A DNA stretch of 64,000 nt from Eledone cirrhosa. Taxonomy: Eukaryota. Positions 42,363-56,900 of this stretch are shown here, in pieces. The stretch spans positions 14,632,001-14,696,000 of the forward strand of contig OZ024757.1 in NCBI GenBank assembly GCA_964016885.1, in the 5' to 3' direction. Every line of letters starts with the position of its first letter. Position 1 is the first letter of the stretch. Below the pieces are notes generated by a model. That model saw nothing but the letters and a program-made list of their open reading frames with translations, had not been told where the DNA came from and ran no database searches. A program made the translations under genes and the position numbers.

Positions 42363-42473
42363 ATATATGAATATATATATATACGAATATATATATATGA
42401 ATATATATATATAAATATATATATATATGAATATATATATATATATGAATATATATATATATATTCATATATA

Positions 42474-42548
<75 letters not shown>

Positions 42549-42943
42549 AATTTTAAATTTGGCGGTCATTCTGATACGGAGAGGGACCATCGCAAGACAT
42601 TGGATATCGGTAAGAAGGTTTCTTTATATCGATGTTTGACGGGCATCCACTGATGATTTATACGTGCCCACCTGCATATATTCTTACGGACTATGTGCAG
42701 GATTCTACATAACCTGGACACATTTTTCCCAATTTGTAGGAAACTTATAATGAACAATTGTTTGGAAAGGGAGATATATTTTAATTATGTCTCATATAAA
42801 ATAATACAACTGGCTATCCGCAATATACATATAGTTAGCACCCCAAACGTAAAATTGGGATTATACTAAAGTAAATCCTAATGTTTGTTGAGTGAGATGG
42901 AAGCCAGTCAGAGTATAGCTTAAATCTTTCTCTGTTAATGTAT

Positions 42944-43025
<82 letters not shown>

Positions 43026-43085
43026 TATATATATATATATATGAATATATATATATATATATATATATATGAATATATATATATA

Positions 43086-43181
<96 letters not shown>

Positions 43182-43273
43182 CTTAGGTTAATAGGAGTTA
43201 GGTATTGTATACCCGTGTCCCATTAAGGTATTGGCAGCATAATAATTAGCTCTATGCTTTGGAGCAGAGCCGT

Positions 43274-43872
43274 ATACATGAAAAATAACACAAGAGCGTC
43301 TACAACATCAAAAGATTTTTATTGGCTTACAATGTTTCTTCCTTACGTAACCGTAGGATTCGTCAGAGCTATAAAAGGGGTTTGATTGGTGTTATGGACT
43401 CTACCAACCAAACATTCAAGAACAAAGAGTAAAGAGTGTAAAGAGCAAAAGTAGGGGACGATAAGTCTAATTTTGGTGCGGGAGGGTGGGGTGTGGGTCC
43501 TTGTTTACTAGCTGCGGTCATATTCATTCCCGGGAGTCGGGTGGTTAGCTGAACCATAGATGGGGTGGCGTCGATAGTATGGTGCAGAGGGTGCGCAGAG
43601 GCTACACAAACACAAAGGGCGTACAATATATATATATATATATATAGCGGAGGAGAAAGTACATGAGGTAATTAGAAATGGAAAAAGAGTAATAATAATA
43701 ATCTATAATTAATAGTGTATAATAAGGCATATAATATGGTTGGTAGAGTCCATAACACCAATCAAACCCCTTTTATAGCTCTGACGAATCCTACGGTTAC
43801 GTAAGGAAGAAACATTGTAAGCCAATAAAAATCTTTTGATGTTGTAGACGCTCTTGTGTTATTTTTCATGTA
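43274..43872. mobile_element. Fold-back element family E: ~135-bp inverted arms, each with a hammerhead motif
   Basis: 43274-43410 is complementary to 43737-43872. Confidence 0.65.
43778..43822 (+). ncRNA. Minimal hammerhead motif (inverted copy at 43325-43369)
   Basis: gct-CTGACGA-aTCCTACG(gtta)CGTAaGGAa-GAAAC(att)GTA-agc, then caataaaa. Confidence 0.6.
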
Positions 43873-43903
43873 TATATATATATATGAATATATATATATA
43901 TTT

Positions 43904-44428
43904 ATAAAATAAAGTAAAATAAATAAGTCAAATGTTTAAAATTTATCTTCGTTTATTACTGCTATATATATTTCGGTGACCGCCATCCTTGGCTGTGACC
44001 TCTTCAGGCAGTCCGAATTAGTGTGGTATAGACAAGTACATATGTTGTTGAGGTGTATAATTTTGTCAATACTCTGATATGCCCAGTTCCTGGTTGGGTT
44101 GTTATTTCACTGAGGAACTGGAATCATATGAATTCAAACAAACTAATTTCATTGTCAAAGGGCCTCTTCTCCTCTCATTGGAAATTCATTTGTTTGAATT
44201 CATATGATTCCAGTTCCTCAGTGAAATAACAACCCAACCAGGAACTGGGCATATCAGAGCATTGACAAAATTATACACCTCAACAACATATGTACTTGTC
44301 TATACCACACTAATTCGGACTGCCTGAAGAGGTCACAGCCAAGGATGGCTGTCACCGAAATATATATAGCAGTAATAAATGAAGATAAATTTTAAACATT
44401 TGACTTATTTATTTTACTTTATTTTATA
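43904..44428. mobile_element. Fold-back element family F: ~245-bp near-perfect inverted arms
   Basis: 43904-44150 is complementary to 44182-44428; 3' extension with gagtgc to ~44512. Confidence 0.7.
44319..44373 (+). ncRNA. Type I hammerhead ribozyme motif (inverted copy at 43958-44012)
   Basis: actgc-CTGAAGA-GGTcACAGCC(aaggat)GGCTGTcACC-GAAA-tatata-TA-gcagt, followed by aataaa. Confidence 0.75.
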
Positions 44429-44618
44429 TTACTCCGGAGTAACCAAACCAACCTGCGCATTTCGTCGAGTGCTCCAGCCTGCATACTGAGGTGTTGCTAT
44501 ACAACCAACATATACTCAAAATCTATATATATTTATATATATATTTATATATATATTTATTATATATATATATGAATATATATATATATATTTATATATA
44601 TATTTATATATATATATA

Positions 44619-44735
<117 letters not shown>

Positions 44736-44736
44736 T

Positions 44737-44799
<63 letters not shown>

Positions 44800-44801
<2 letters not shown>

Positions 44802-46080
44802 ATAATAATGGAGCTGCGGCGCTGCAAATGGGTTACATATGAAAAAGTTTGTCCTCATCAGTGGCCATCCAACCGTCGTAGCATTTCGTCGCATTAAAAG
44901 GCCATATACCTCAGGTTGGTGCGAGCAGCGGCTAAAAAAAGTCGTTGGGACACGTAAATAAAGGGGACGCTAGGGTAACAAACAAAATGGTTTAAGCAGC
45001 AGAAAGTGATGAAGAAGGAAACAAGTCCCAGATTTCTATGAATATAAATTCGGTGGAATCGTGAGCGAGAGAATAAAGACCATCAAACCTGGTTGAAATG
45101 TGAGCAAGGAAGGAATTTCGCACAGGTCTAACGGGAGGAAGAAGGGATGTTTACCGAATTCGCAGACCAGACCCCTTCTTCCTCCCGTTAGACCTGTGCG
45201 AAATTCCTTCCTTGCTCACATTTCAACCAGGTTTGATGGTCTTTATTCTCTCGTTCACGATTCCACCGAATTTATATTCATAGAAATCTGGGACTTGTTC
45301 CTTCTTCATCACTTTCTGCTGCTTTGTTTACCCTAGAGTCCCCTTTATTTACGTGTCCCAACGACTTTTTTTAGCGTTGCTCGCACCAACCTGAGGTATA
45401 TGGCCTTTAATGCGACGAAATGCCTACGACGGTTGGATGGCCACTGATGAGGACAAACTTTTTCATATGTAACCCATTTGCAGCGCCGCAAGCTCCATTA
45501 TTATCATATTTACACATATATTTTTTCCTCCGCTGCCACCAGTCTGTTTCGTTCTTTGTGTCTTTACCCTTTCTAGCAGTCTCTCTCTCTCTGTAGCCTC
45601 TTCCTCACCTTCACTCACTCACTCTCTGTCACTACCTCTCCTCCTCCCCTTTCTTCCCGTTTGACCTGTCCATAATCCTTTTCTCGCGGGCACCTGGCCA
45701 AGCCGGTATGAATTTTTTTCTCTCTCTCGTCTGCGACTTCACAGAACTTATGTTTACCGAATTCGCAGACCAGACCCCTTCTTCCTCCGTTAGACCTGTG
45801 CGAAATTCCTTCCTTGCTCACATTTCAACCAGGTTTGATGGTCTTTATTCTCTCGTTCACGATTCCACCGAATTTATATTCATAGAAATCTGGGACTTGT
45901 TTCCTTCTTCATCACTTTCTGCTTCTTAAACCATTTTGTTTGTTTACCCCTAGCGTCCCTTTATTTACGTGTCCCAACGACTTTTTTAGCCGTTGCTCGC
46001 ACCAACCTGAGGTATATGGCCTTTAATGCGACGAAATGCCTACGACGGATGGATGGCCACTGATGAGGACAAACTTTTTC
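44800..46080. mobile_element. Composite repeat: inverted copy followed by two direct copies of a ~330-bp unit
   Basis: 44800-45145 is complementary to 45172-45508; 45148-45463 is repeated at 45750-46080; flanked by (TA)n. Confidence 0.65.
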
Positions 46081-46099
46081 AATATTATATATATACATA

Positions 46100-46223
<124 letters not shown>

Positions 46224-46235
46224 TATAATATATAT

Positions 46236-46267
<32 letters not shown>

Positions 46268-46644
46268 TATATATATATATATATACATATATTATATATA
46301 TATATATATATACATATATTTATATATATATATATAACGAAGGAAATGTGGTAAGGAACCAGGTAGACCATAACGCACCAAAGTACTCAATACTTGAGGT
46401 AGTAGAGTGGGTAATAGGAACCAGTAAGACCCCGACAGCTGAGCTCAAGCTTTAGTCCAGAATTAGCCGTCGAAACGGCTTGAGCTCAGCTGTCGGGGTC
46501 TTACTGGTTCCTATATATATATATATATGAATATATATATATATTTATATATATATATATATATTCATATATATATATATATATGAATAAATATATATAT
46601 TTATATATATTATATATAATATATATATATAATATATATATATA

Positions 46645-46714
<70 letters not shown>

Positions 46715-46724
46715 TATATATATA

Positions 46725-46755
<31 letters not shown>

Positions 46756-46807
46756 GAATATATATATGAATATATATATATATATATATATATGAGTATA
46801 TTTATAT

Positions 46808-47282
46808 TGTTATACTTGCGGAGGGTCATATTGTGTAATATTGCCAGAATTAATAACAGAACTACACTCACTGTTTGGTTGGTTTTCGCTTCTCGCTTCT
46901 GTGTTTTTTATATCGGTAATCTAACTTACTCTGTCCTCAATGTTGCCATTGACTGACCGGCGGTCAACAATAATACAGATACAATATAGACACACTGAAT
47001 AAAAATGGCGTAGACATACAATACAACAGGAGGAAACGATAGCACCACTGACCGATGTTGCAGATGTGAAACGAAAGATTTATGATAAACTATATATATG
47101 TGTTTGTGTCTATATTGTATCTGTATTATTTTTGACCGTCGGTCAGTCAATAGCAACATTGAGGACCGAGTAAGTTAGATCGCAGATATAAAAGACAGCG
47201 AGAAGCGAAAACCAACCAAACAGTGAGTGTGTTCTGTTATTAATTCTGGCAATATTACATCAATATGACCCTCCCCAAGTAT

Positions 47283-47286
<4 letters not shown>
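46808..47286. mobile_element. MITE-like or fold-back element with ~185-bp imperfect inverted arms
   Basis: tgttatacttg.ggagggtcatattg ... caatatgaccctccccaagtataaca; in (TA)n. Confidence 0.6.
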
Positions 47287-47359
<73 letters not shown>

Positions 47360-47417
47360 TATAAATACATATATATATATACATATATATAATGTGTATA
47401 TACATATATATATAATG

Positions 47418-47452
<35 letters not shown>

Positions 47453-47578
47453 CTATATATATATATAATAATAATAATAATTGTTTCTGCAATAGGCACT
47501 AGGCCACCAATTATCCCAGTGTATTACTGGTACTTTATTTTATCGACCCCCGTTCGGATGAAAGGCAAAGTTAATAAT

Positions 47579-47624
<46 letters not shown>

Positions 47625-47627
<3 letters not shown>

Positions 47628-47922
47628 TTTTCTTTATTAACCACAAGGGTTTACATAAAGTAGACATTAAGGACAGTACAGGACAATACAGGACGGTACA
47701 AATGGGCATTTCTGCGTGTAAAAAAACAGAGGTTGAATAAAATAACAAAGAAAAATTCCCCAATAGGGGGGAGACTTTCCGAGGGACATTTGTGGAGAAA
47801 GCCATTAAAAGACCACAGTGACCCTGACCACCAGGGCAAGTGCCCTCTCCCAGTTTTCCACCCTTAATTACAGACACATACTCAGAGAAGGCCCATTTCA
47901 TTCGGGCCATACTTGCTTCTCT
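47625..47922 (-). mobile_element. Tx1-like LINE 3' end within (TAA)n
   Basis: Homologous to 31728-32030; (AAT)n on both sides; adjacent to an S1 SINE piece at 47478-47572. Confidence 0.85.
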
Positions 47923-47925
47923 CAT

Positions 47926-47969
<44 letters not shown>

Positions 47970-48473
47970 ATCGTAAAAGGAAAGAAAACCTACCTGAGAG
48001 AAGAAATATTTCAATCTTTCAAATATTTTGTTGATAAAAGCAACGTTTGTCTAGCAAGAGGAGGATAACGGGTTCGATTTTTGCTGGTGGTGGTGTGTGA
48101 AGTGTGAAGTGTTGTAATTTCTCACAATTAAAATTTCTCGCTTTTTATAAATGTAAAATCTTTCTATGTTCACAAGTCCTCAAGAGAAGCTCTTATAGGT
48201 TGGTTGTCGTATATAGATATGAGATATGGGTAACGATTTTGCTTTCTAAATTAAGTGGGCAGTATTCATACAACCAAGTGAAGGCAACGTGACAACAGTG
48301 AATAACAAACTTCTTATTTACTAGAGCATATATATATTTGTGTGTATGTGTGTGTGTGTGTGTGTGTTTAAATAGTGTCCTATAAAAATGTATACACACT
48401 GAAACACCATTTTAATGTGTATACATTGTGGGGACATCCTGTCTGTATTTATATATATATATATATATATACG

Positions 48474-48535
<62 letters not shown>

Positions 48536-48627
48536 GAAATGTATGTATGCATGTATGTCTATATATATATGTATGTATGTGTTCATGTGACACACATGCC
48601 TAAAATCAATACATGGACAACAGATGC

Positions 48628-48686
<59 letters not shown>

Positions 48687-49029
48687 TATACATACATACA
48701 TATATATATGTATGTATGTATGTACAAAGTGCATTCAGGAAGTATTTTTCAAACCTCTTCAAGAGAGAAATTTATCAATTTCAATGACATACAAAACCCT
48801 TAATCTCTTTGACGACATGATCCATTGACTTCGCTGTGCTTCTTGCCATGATCCAACACATCGTCAAGGTGCCATGAAAGTCCTCTCTCTACATACATAA
48901 GTAGACATGTGTGTGTGTGTGTGTATGTGTGTGTGTAGTTGTCACCATTGTAATGATCTCAGATGTGTAATCTAATGTGCATACATTTATATATATGTCT
49001 ATATATATGTATATATATATATATATGTA

Positions 49030-49098
<69 letters not shown>

Positions 49099-49243
49099 TT
49101 ATATATATATGTATATGTATATATTATGTATATATATATATGTATATATATATGTATGTATATATATAAGTATATATATATATGTATATATATATGTATA
49201 TATTATATATATATGTATATATATGTATATATATATATATATG

Positions 49244-49283
<40 letters not shown>

Positions 49284-49349
49284 TATATATATATGTATAT
49301 ATATATATATATGTATATATATATGTATATATATATGTATATATATATG

Positions 49350-49382
<33 letters not shown>

Positions 49383-50219
49383 CTATATATATATATATAT
49401 ATATAAGTATATATATATGTATATGTATATATATATGTATATATATGTATATATATATGTATGTATATATATATATATGTATATATATATGTATATATAT
49501 ATATGTATATATATTATGTATATATATATATATATGTCGTATGGTTGCTAGGATGCGTCCATAGGCGGTATGCCGGTTGAGCATATATATGTATATATAT
49601 GTATATATATGTATATATATATATATATAATATTATTCAAAATATTAATAAATGAGAAATATTATCATAACCAAAGTATATATTTTATAATACATATTTC
49701 AAAGGTACAATGGTGTTTCAGTACGTTTTCATCAGATAAAATATATAAGAGATTGGATATGAGACATACTGCTAAGGTATTGAATCTTAAATTCCTGTAG
49801 TGGTAGTATATATATATATATAGAGAGAGAGAAATGGCTTCTACAGGACTAGAACTGGTTCATTCGGGGGAAATGATCATGAAGCCGACTGTAAATGATT
49901 TCTCCCGAATGAAACAGTTCTAGTCCTGTAGAAGCCATTTCTATATAAATAATTATACTCTGCTATGTATTGAGTACCTTACTTGCTGTGGTTACCCCGA
50001 TTGAACCCGGGATAAACATATATATACATATATATAAAAGAAAATGTTCGCTCTACATGGCTGAATACAATAAATGTAATCTGAGTTTTTCGAATATTAA
50101 TAATTGTTTCTACTTTTGGCACAAGGCCAGCAATTATCTCAGAGCATTACTGGTACTTTATTTTATCGACCCCGTAAGGATGAAAGGCAAAGTGAACCTC
50201 GGCGGGATTATGCAAACCC

Positions 50220-50609
50220 CGGTCTCTGTCCCTCATTATCGCTGCCATATCCTGCATCTCCAACAGACCAGTGTCTGTCCTTAGGGCATCAACATATGTT
50301 AACCTTCATTGCTGTAGTGGAGTCTGTGCTGCTGTATGGGTCTGATACTTGGACACTGACCAAGAAAACTCACTCAGATGGTGGATGGGTGCTACACGAG
50401 AATGCTGAGGATGGCTCTGAACATTAATCAGTATACACTGAGGATGAAAAACTCAGAGCTGTATGGGAGCATCCCAAGAGTCAGCTCAAAAGTGACACAG
50501 AGGAGACTGAGGTTGGCTGGACATGCTCACCGACATCCGGAGTTGACATTGCACTCAGTGCTCCTTTGGGAGCCCCAACATGGGCACACTAGAAGAGAAG
50601 ACCAAGGTT

Positions 50610-50612
<3 letters not shown>
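50220..50612. mobile_element. RTE-type LINE (family R1) with internal inversion
   Basis: 50220-50305 is the 3' part on the minus strand; 50306-50612 is the upstream part on the plus strand (FIAVVESVLLYGSDTWTLTK...DGCYTRMLRMAL...). Confidence 0.75.
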
Positions 50613-50661
<49 letters not shown>

Positions 50662-51393
50662 AGTGTATATATTACACACACACATACACATACATTATTG
50701 AGTCTATTCCTGTGATTTATCCTAATCGTTATATTTTACATAAACACACACATACACATAATCGCACATACATGTACACACACACACATAAACGCACATA
50801 CATGTACACACGCAAAAGGGGGGCGAACAGGCTAAGCGGAGAAAGGAACAGGCTTTCTCCGCTTAGCCTGTTCCCCCCCCTTTTGGAACTTTCCACCGTT
50901 GATGGCGTGAGCCCGAAATATTGGGATTAAATCTCCACTACGGTAACCCTTCTACCTTTGTTTTGTTTTCATCTTTGTCTCTCTCAATTTTCACCTTCTC
51001 CTATTTCTCCTATCTATCATTCACTTCCTACCTCGAGATTTCCCTCTGCATTGTTGTGGCTTTCTAAAACTACGTATTTTACACATTTCACAATGCTTCA
51101 AGCAAACTTTAAACACCCTCATATATATATATGTCCATCTGTATGTAATTTTTTGTTTTTATTTAATTTCAAAGACTTAACTCTATACAGTCAATAATAC
51201 TTAGAACAGGGAAAATTCCGTATAACGAAATTTACGGGGTATAAAAAAAATTCTTTGTAACGAAAAATTCTTTATATATAATGAAATCGAACGTTTATTT
51301 ATAATATCTCGGGGATTGAAAAAAATTTCGTTATACTGAAAAATTTGTCATAATGGTATTCGTTAAAACGGAACTTTACCTGTATTGATTAAA

Positions 51394-51575
51394 TAATTGT
51401 TTCTACTTTTGGCACAAGGCCAACAATTAACCAGTGCATTACTGGTACTTTATTTATCGACCCCGTAAGGATGAAAGGCAAAGTTAACCCCGCGCGATTT
51501 GAGCTCAGAATGGCAAGGGCCGTAACTCAATGCGTCAATGCATGGCGTCCGACCCTCTATCGATTACTTCCAATA
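51394..51575 (-). mobile_element. SINE S1
   Basis: Reverse match to 6316-6502; another partial copy at 50101-50208. Confidence 0.8.
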
Positions 51576-52179
51576 ATGATCTGACATAGGATTTTGATGG
51601 ACACTACAACTTCAATTCTATTTTTGTTGTTTATTTATTCATTTGTTGTTTTTTTTGCTCAGGTCAGCTTCGATCAAGTTGATCGATAACCAAATATATT
51701 CAGGCTGTTACCGTATATATATATATATATACAATATATTAACAAATGGAAACTATATTTATAAAACCATATTTATTTCATTATACATATTTCAAGGACA
51801 CCAAAGCAAATTATGGTGCGCTTTTATCAGACAAAATATAATATAGATCAGTTTAATAAACAAATGTTGACATACCCTTAAAGAAGCGACCATTTCGGTT
51901 GGAAACTCCCGGCGCATTCAACCGAATGGTCGCATTCTTTAAGGGTATGTCAACATTTGTTTATAAAACTGATCTATATTATATTTTGTCTGATAAAAGC
52001 GGACCATAATTTGCTTTGGTGTCCTTGAAATTGTATAATGAAATAAATATGGTTTTTATAAATATAGTTTCCATTTTTTAATATATTGTATGTTTTACTC
52101 CAATAATTTGTTGAGTGCTTTATATCAGTTATAAAAATATTTGCCTGTTGTATCCCAACAAATTAAATATAACTTCTAC

Positions 52180-52212
<33 letters not shown>

Positions 52213-52232
52213 TTCTTTTTTCTTTTTCTTTT

Positions 52233-52478
52233 CTGAGGTTAGCTGACATGCTCACCCGACATCCAGAGTTGGCACTGCACTCTGTGCTCATGTGGGAGCC
52301 CCAGGCATGGACACACTGGAAGAGGAAGACCAAGGTTAACCTATGTTGATGCCCTAAGGACAGACACTGGTCTGTTGGAGACGCAGGACATGGCAGCGAT
52401 AATGAGGGACCGAGACCGCTGGAGAGAACTCGTCCATGGATCTCGGGAATTTTACCCGCTCTAGATATATAGATAGAT
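52233..52478 (+). mobile_element. RTE-type LINE 3' fragment (family R1)
   Basis: Homologous to 42116-42360. Confidence 0.8.
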
Positions 52479-52519
52479 ATGTATATAAAAGGTAAACAGA
52501 AATAACAACACAATCGGTA

Positions 52520-52682
52520 CAGTATATGCTGGTACTCATTTTCGGCTGAGTATACTGAAGCAGCGTGAAATGATGTGTTTTACTCAAGAACACAACACGC
52601 AAACCAGCCCAGGAATTGATTGAACCCACCACATTATGATCGTAAGTCTAACATCCTTACCACTAGGCCATGCTCCTCCACC
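52520..52682 (-). mobile_element. Diverged CORE-like SINE
   Basis: gcagcgtgaaatgatgtgttttactcaagaacacaac plus a tRNA-like head. Confidence 0.6.
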
Positions 52683-52917
52683 AAAAATTAGCTGAAACAA
52701 GTATTTGCTGCCATCTCCTACTCACTCTAAAACCACTTTACATGATCGTTGAAGATGATATAACTTTAACAATTACAATACAACCAATTGTTTAATAAGT
52801 ACGTTTAAAGTCAATTATACCAATCGAACACTCCTCTAGCTACTTAAACATCCAGGCCACTTAGTGTTTTTAGAATAGAAATAGGTATAGGTATATATAT
52901 ATATATATATATATAAA

Positions 52918-53049
<132 letters not shown>

Positions 53050-53174
53050 AGAATTAGCGGTCGAAACGGCTTGAGCTCAGCCGTCGGGGTTCTACTCGTT
53101 CCTATATATATATATACTGTATATATATGTATATATATATGTGTATATATATATATATATACTGTATATATATG

Positions 53175-53395
<221 letters not shown>

Positions 53396-53521
53396 TTATA
53401 AGACTGTTTATATTGTATTTTGTCTGATGAAGGCATAACATATTGTTAATATGATATCCCTGAAATATATATAATGAAATAAATATGGTTTTATAAATAT
53501 AGTTTCCATTTATTTAATATC

Positions 53522-53555
<34 letters not shown>

Positions 53556-53613
53556 GTATATATATATATGTATATATATATATATACTGTATATATATGT
53601 ATATATATATATG

Positions 53614-53738
<125 letters not shown>

Positions 53739-53739
53739 G

Positions 53740-53872
<133 letters not shown>

Positions 53873-53949
53873 GTGATTACACAACAGTTAGTTCACCATA
53901 CCGAGAACAATTGTTTCACCTTAGCGGATCCTCAGCTCGTAATGGAAAT

Positions 53950-53992
<43 letters not shown>

Positions 53993-53994
53993 AA

Positions 53995-56900
53995 GGCCCT
54001 CCGTCGGTTACGACGATGAGTGTTCCAGTTGATCCGATCAACGGAACAGATTGCTCATGAAATTAACGTGCAAGTGGCTGAGCATTCCACAGGCACGTGT
54101 AGCCTTAACGTAGTTCTCAGAGAGATTCGGGGCGACACAGAATCTGACAAAGCTAGCCCTTCAAATTGCAGGTACAAATCATGTTTGCTAGCTGAGTGAA
54201 CTGGAACACCGTGAAATAAAGTGTCTTGCTCAAGGACACAGTGAACTGGAGCAACGTGAAATAAAGTGTCTTGCTCAAGGACAGAGTGGACTGGAGCACC
54301 GTGAAATAAAGTGTCTTGCTCAAGGACACAGTGGACTGGAGCAACGTGATATAAAGTCTCTTGCTCAAGGACACAGTGGACTGGAACAACGTGAAATAAA
54401 GTGTCTTGCTCAAGGACACAGTGGACTGGAGCAACGTGAAAAAGTGTCTTGCTCAAGGACACAGTGGACTGGAGCACCGTGAAATAAAGTGTCTTGCTCA
54501 AGGAGACAGTGGACTGGAGCAACGTGAAATAAAGTGTCTTGCTCAAGGACACAGTGGACTGGAGCACCGTGAAATAAAGTGTCTTGCTCAAGGACACAGT
54601 GGACTGGAGCAACGTGAAAAAGTGTCTTGCTCAAGGACACAGTGGACTGGAACAACGTGAAATAAAGTGTCTTGCTCAAGGACACAGTGGACTGGAACAA
54701 CGTGAAATAAAGTGTCTTGCTCAAGGACACAGTGGACAGGAGCAACGTGAAAAAGTGTCTTGCTCAAGGACACAGTGGACTGGAGCACCGTGAAATAAAG
54801 TGTCTTGCTCAAGGACACAGTGGACTGGAGCAATGTGAAATAAAGTGTCTTGCTCAAGGACACAGTGGATTGGAGCAACGTGAAATAAAGTGTCTTGCTC
54901 AAGGACACAGTGGATTAGAGCAACGTGAAATAAAGTCTCTTGTTCAAGGACACAGTGGACTGGAACAACGTGAAATAAAGTGTCTTGCTCAAGGACACAG
55001 TGGACTGGAGCACCGTGAAGTAAAGTGTCTTGCTCAAGGACACAGTGGTTGGAGCAACGTGAAATAAAGTCTCTTGTTCAAGGACACAGTGGACTGGAAC
55101 AAGGTGAAATAAAGTGTCTTGCTCAAGGACACAGTGGACTGGAGCACCGTGAAATAAAGTGTCTTGCTCAAGGACACAGTGCACTGGAGCAACGTGAAAT
55201 AAAGTGTCTTGCTCAAGAACACAGTGGACTGGAGCACCGTGAAATAAAGTGTCTTGCTCAAGGACACAGTGGACTGGAGCAACGTGAAAAAGTGTCTTGC
55301 TCAAGGACACAGTGGACTGGAACAACGTGAAATAAAGTGTCTTGCTCAAGGACACAGTGGACTGGAACAACGTGAAATAAAGTGTCTTGCTCAAGGACAC
55401 AGTGGACTGGAGCACCGTGAAATAAAGTGTCTTGCTCAAGGACACAGTGCACTGGAGCAACGTGAAATAAAGTGTCTTGCTCAAGAACACAGTGGACTGG
55501 AGCACCGTGAAATAAAGTGTCTTGCTCAAGGACACAGTGGACTGGAGCAACGTGAAAAAGTGTCTTGCTCAAGGACACAGTGGACTGGAACAACGTGAAA
55601 TAAAGTGTCTTGCTCAAGGACACAGTGGACTGGAACAACGTGAAATAAAGTGTCTTGCTCAAGGACACAGTGGACTGGAGCAACGTGAAAAAGTGTCTTG
55701 CTCAAGGACACAGTGGACTGGAGCACCGTGAAATAAAGTGTCTTGCTCAAGGACACAGTGGACAGGAGCAATGTGAGATAAAGTGTCTTGCTCAAGGACA
55801 CAGTGGATTGGAGCAACGTGAAATAAAGTGTCTTGCTCAAGGACACAGTGGATTGGAGCAACGTGAAATAAAGTCTCTTGTTCAAGGACACAGTGGACTG
55901 GAACAACGTGAAATAAAGTCTCTTGTTCAAGGACACAGTGGACTGGAACAACGTGAAATAAAGTGTCTTGTTCAAGGACACAGTGGATTGGAGCAACGTG
56001 AAATAAAGTTTCTTGTTCAAGGACACAGTGTACTGGAACAACGTGAAATAAAGTGTCTTGCTCAAGGACACAGTGGACTGGAGCACCGTGAAATAAAGTG
56101 TCTTGCTCAAGGACACAGTGGATTGGAGCAACGTGAAATAAAGTCTCTTGTTCAAGGACACAGTGGACTGGAACAACGTGAAATAAAGTGTCTTGCTCAA
56201 GGACACAGTGGACTGGAGCACCGTGAAATAAAGTGTCTTCCTCAAGGACACAGTGGACTGGAGCAACGTGAAAAAGTGTCTTGCTCAAGGACACAGTGGA
56301 CTGGAACAACGTGAAATAAAGTGTCTTGCTCAAGGACACAGTGGACTGGAGCAACGTGAAAAAGTGTCTTGCTCAAGGACACAGTGGACTGGAGCACCGT
56401 GAAATAAAGTGTCTTGCTCAAGGACACAGTGGACTGGAGCACCGTGAAATAAAGTGTCTTGCTCAAGGACACAGTGGATTGTAGCAACGTGAAATAAAGT
56501 CTCTTGTTCAAGGACACAGTGGACTGGAACAACGTGAAATAAAGTGTCTTGCTCAGGGACACAGTGGACTGGAGCACCGTGAAATAAAGTGTCTTGCTCA
56601 AGGACACAGTGGACTGGAGCACCGTGAAATAAAGTGTCTTGCTCAAGGACACAGTGGACTGGAGTACCGTGAAATAAAGTGTCTTGCTCAAGGACACAGT
56701 GGACTGGAGCAACGTGAAATAAAGTGTCTTGCTCAAGGACACAGTGGACTGGAGCACCGTGAAATAAAGTGTCTTGATCAAGGACGCAATGGACTGGAGC
56801 AACGTGAAATAAAGTGTCTTGTTCAAGGACACAGTGGACTGGAGCACCGTGAAATAAAGTGTCTTGCTCAAGGACACAGTGGATTGGAGCAACGTGAAAT

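Noticed and set aside
42548-42945. Possible Penelope RT fragment
   Set aside because: Only a vague motif (VSYKLGKNV) with multiple stops; cannot be supported without a search
45405-45470. Hammerhead at ccaCTGATGAggac
   Set aside because: No stem II followed by GAAA in any topology
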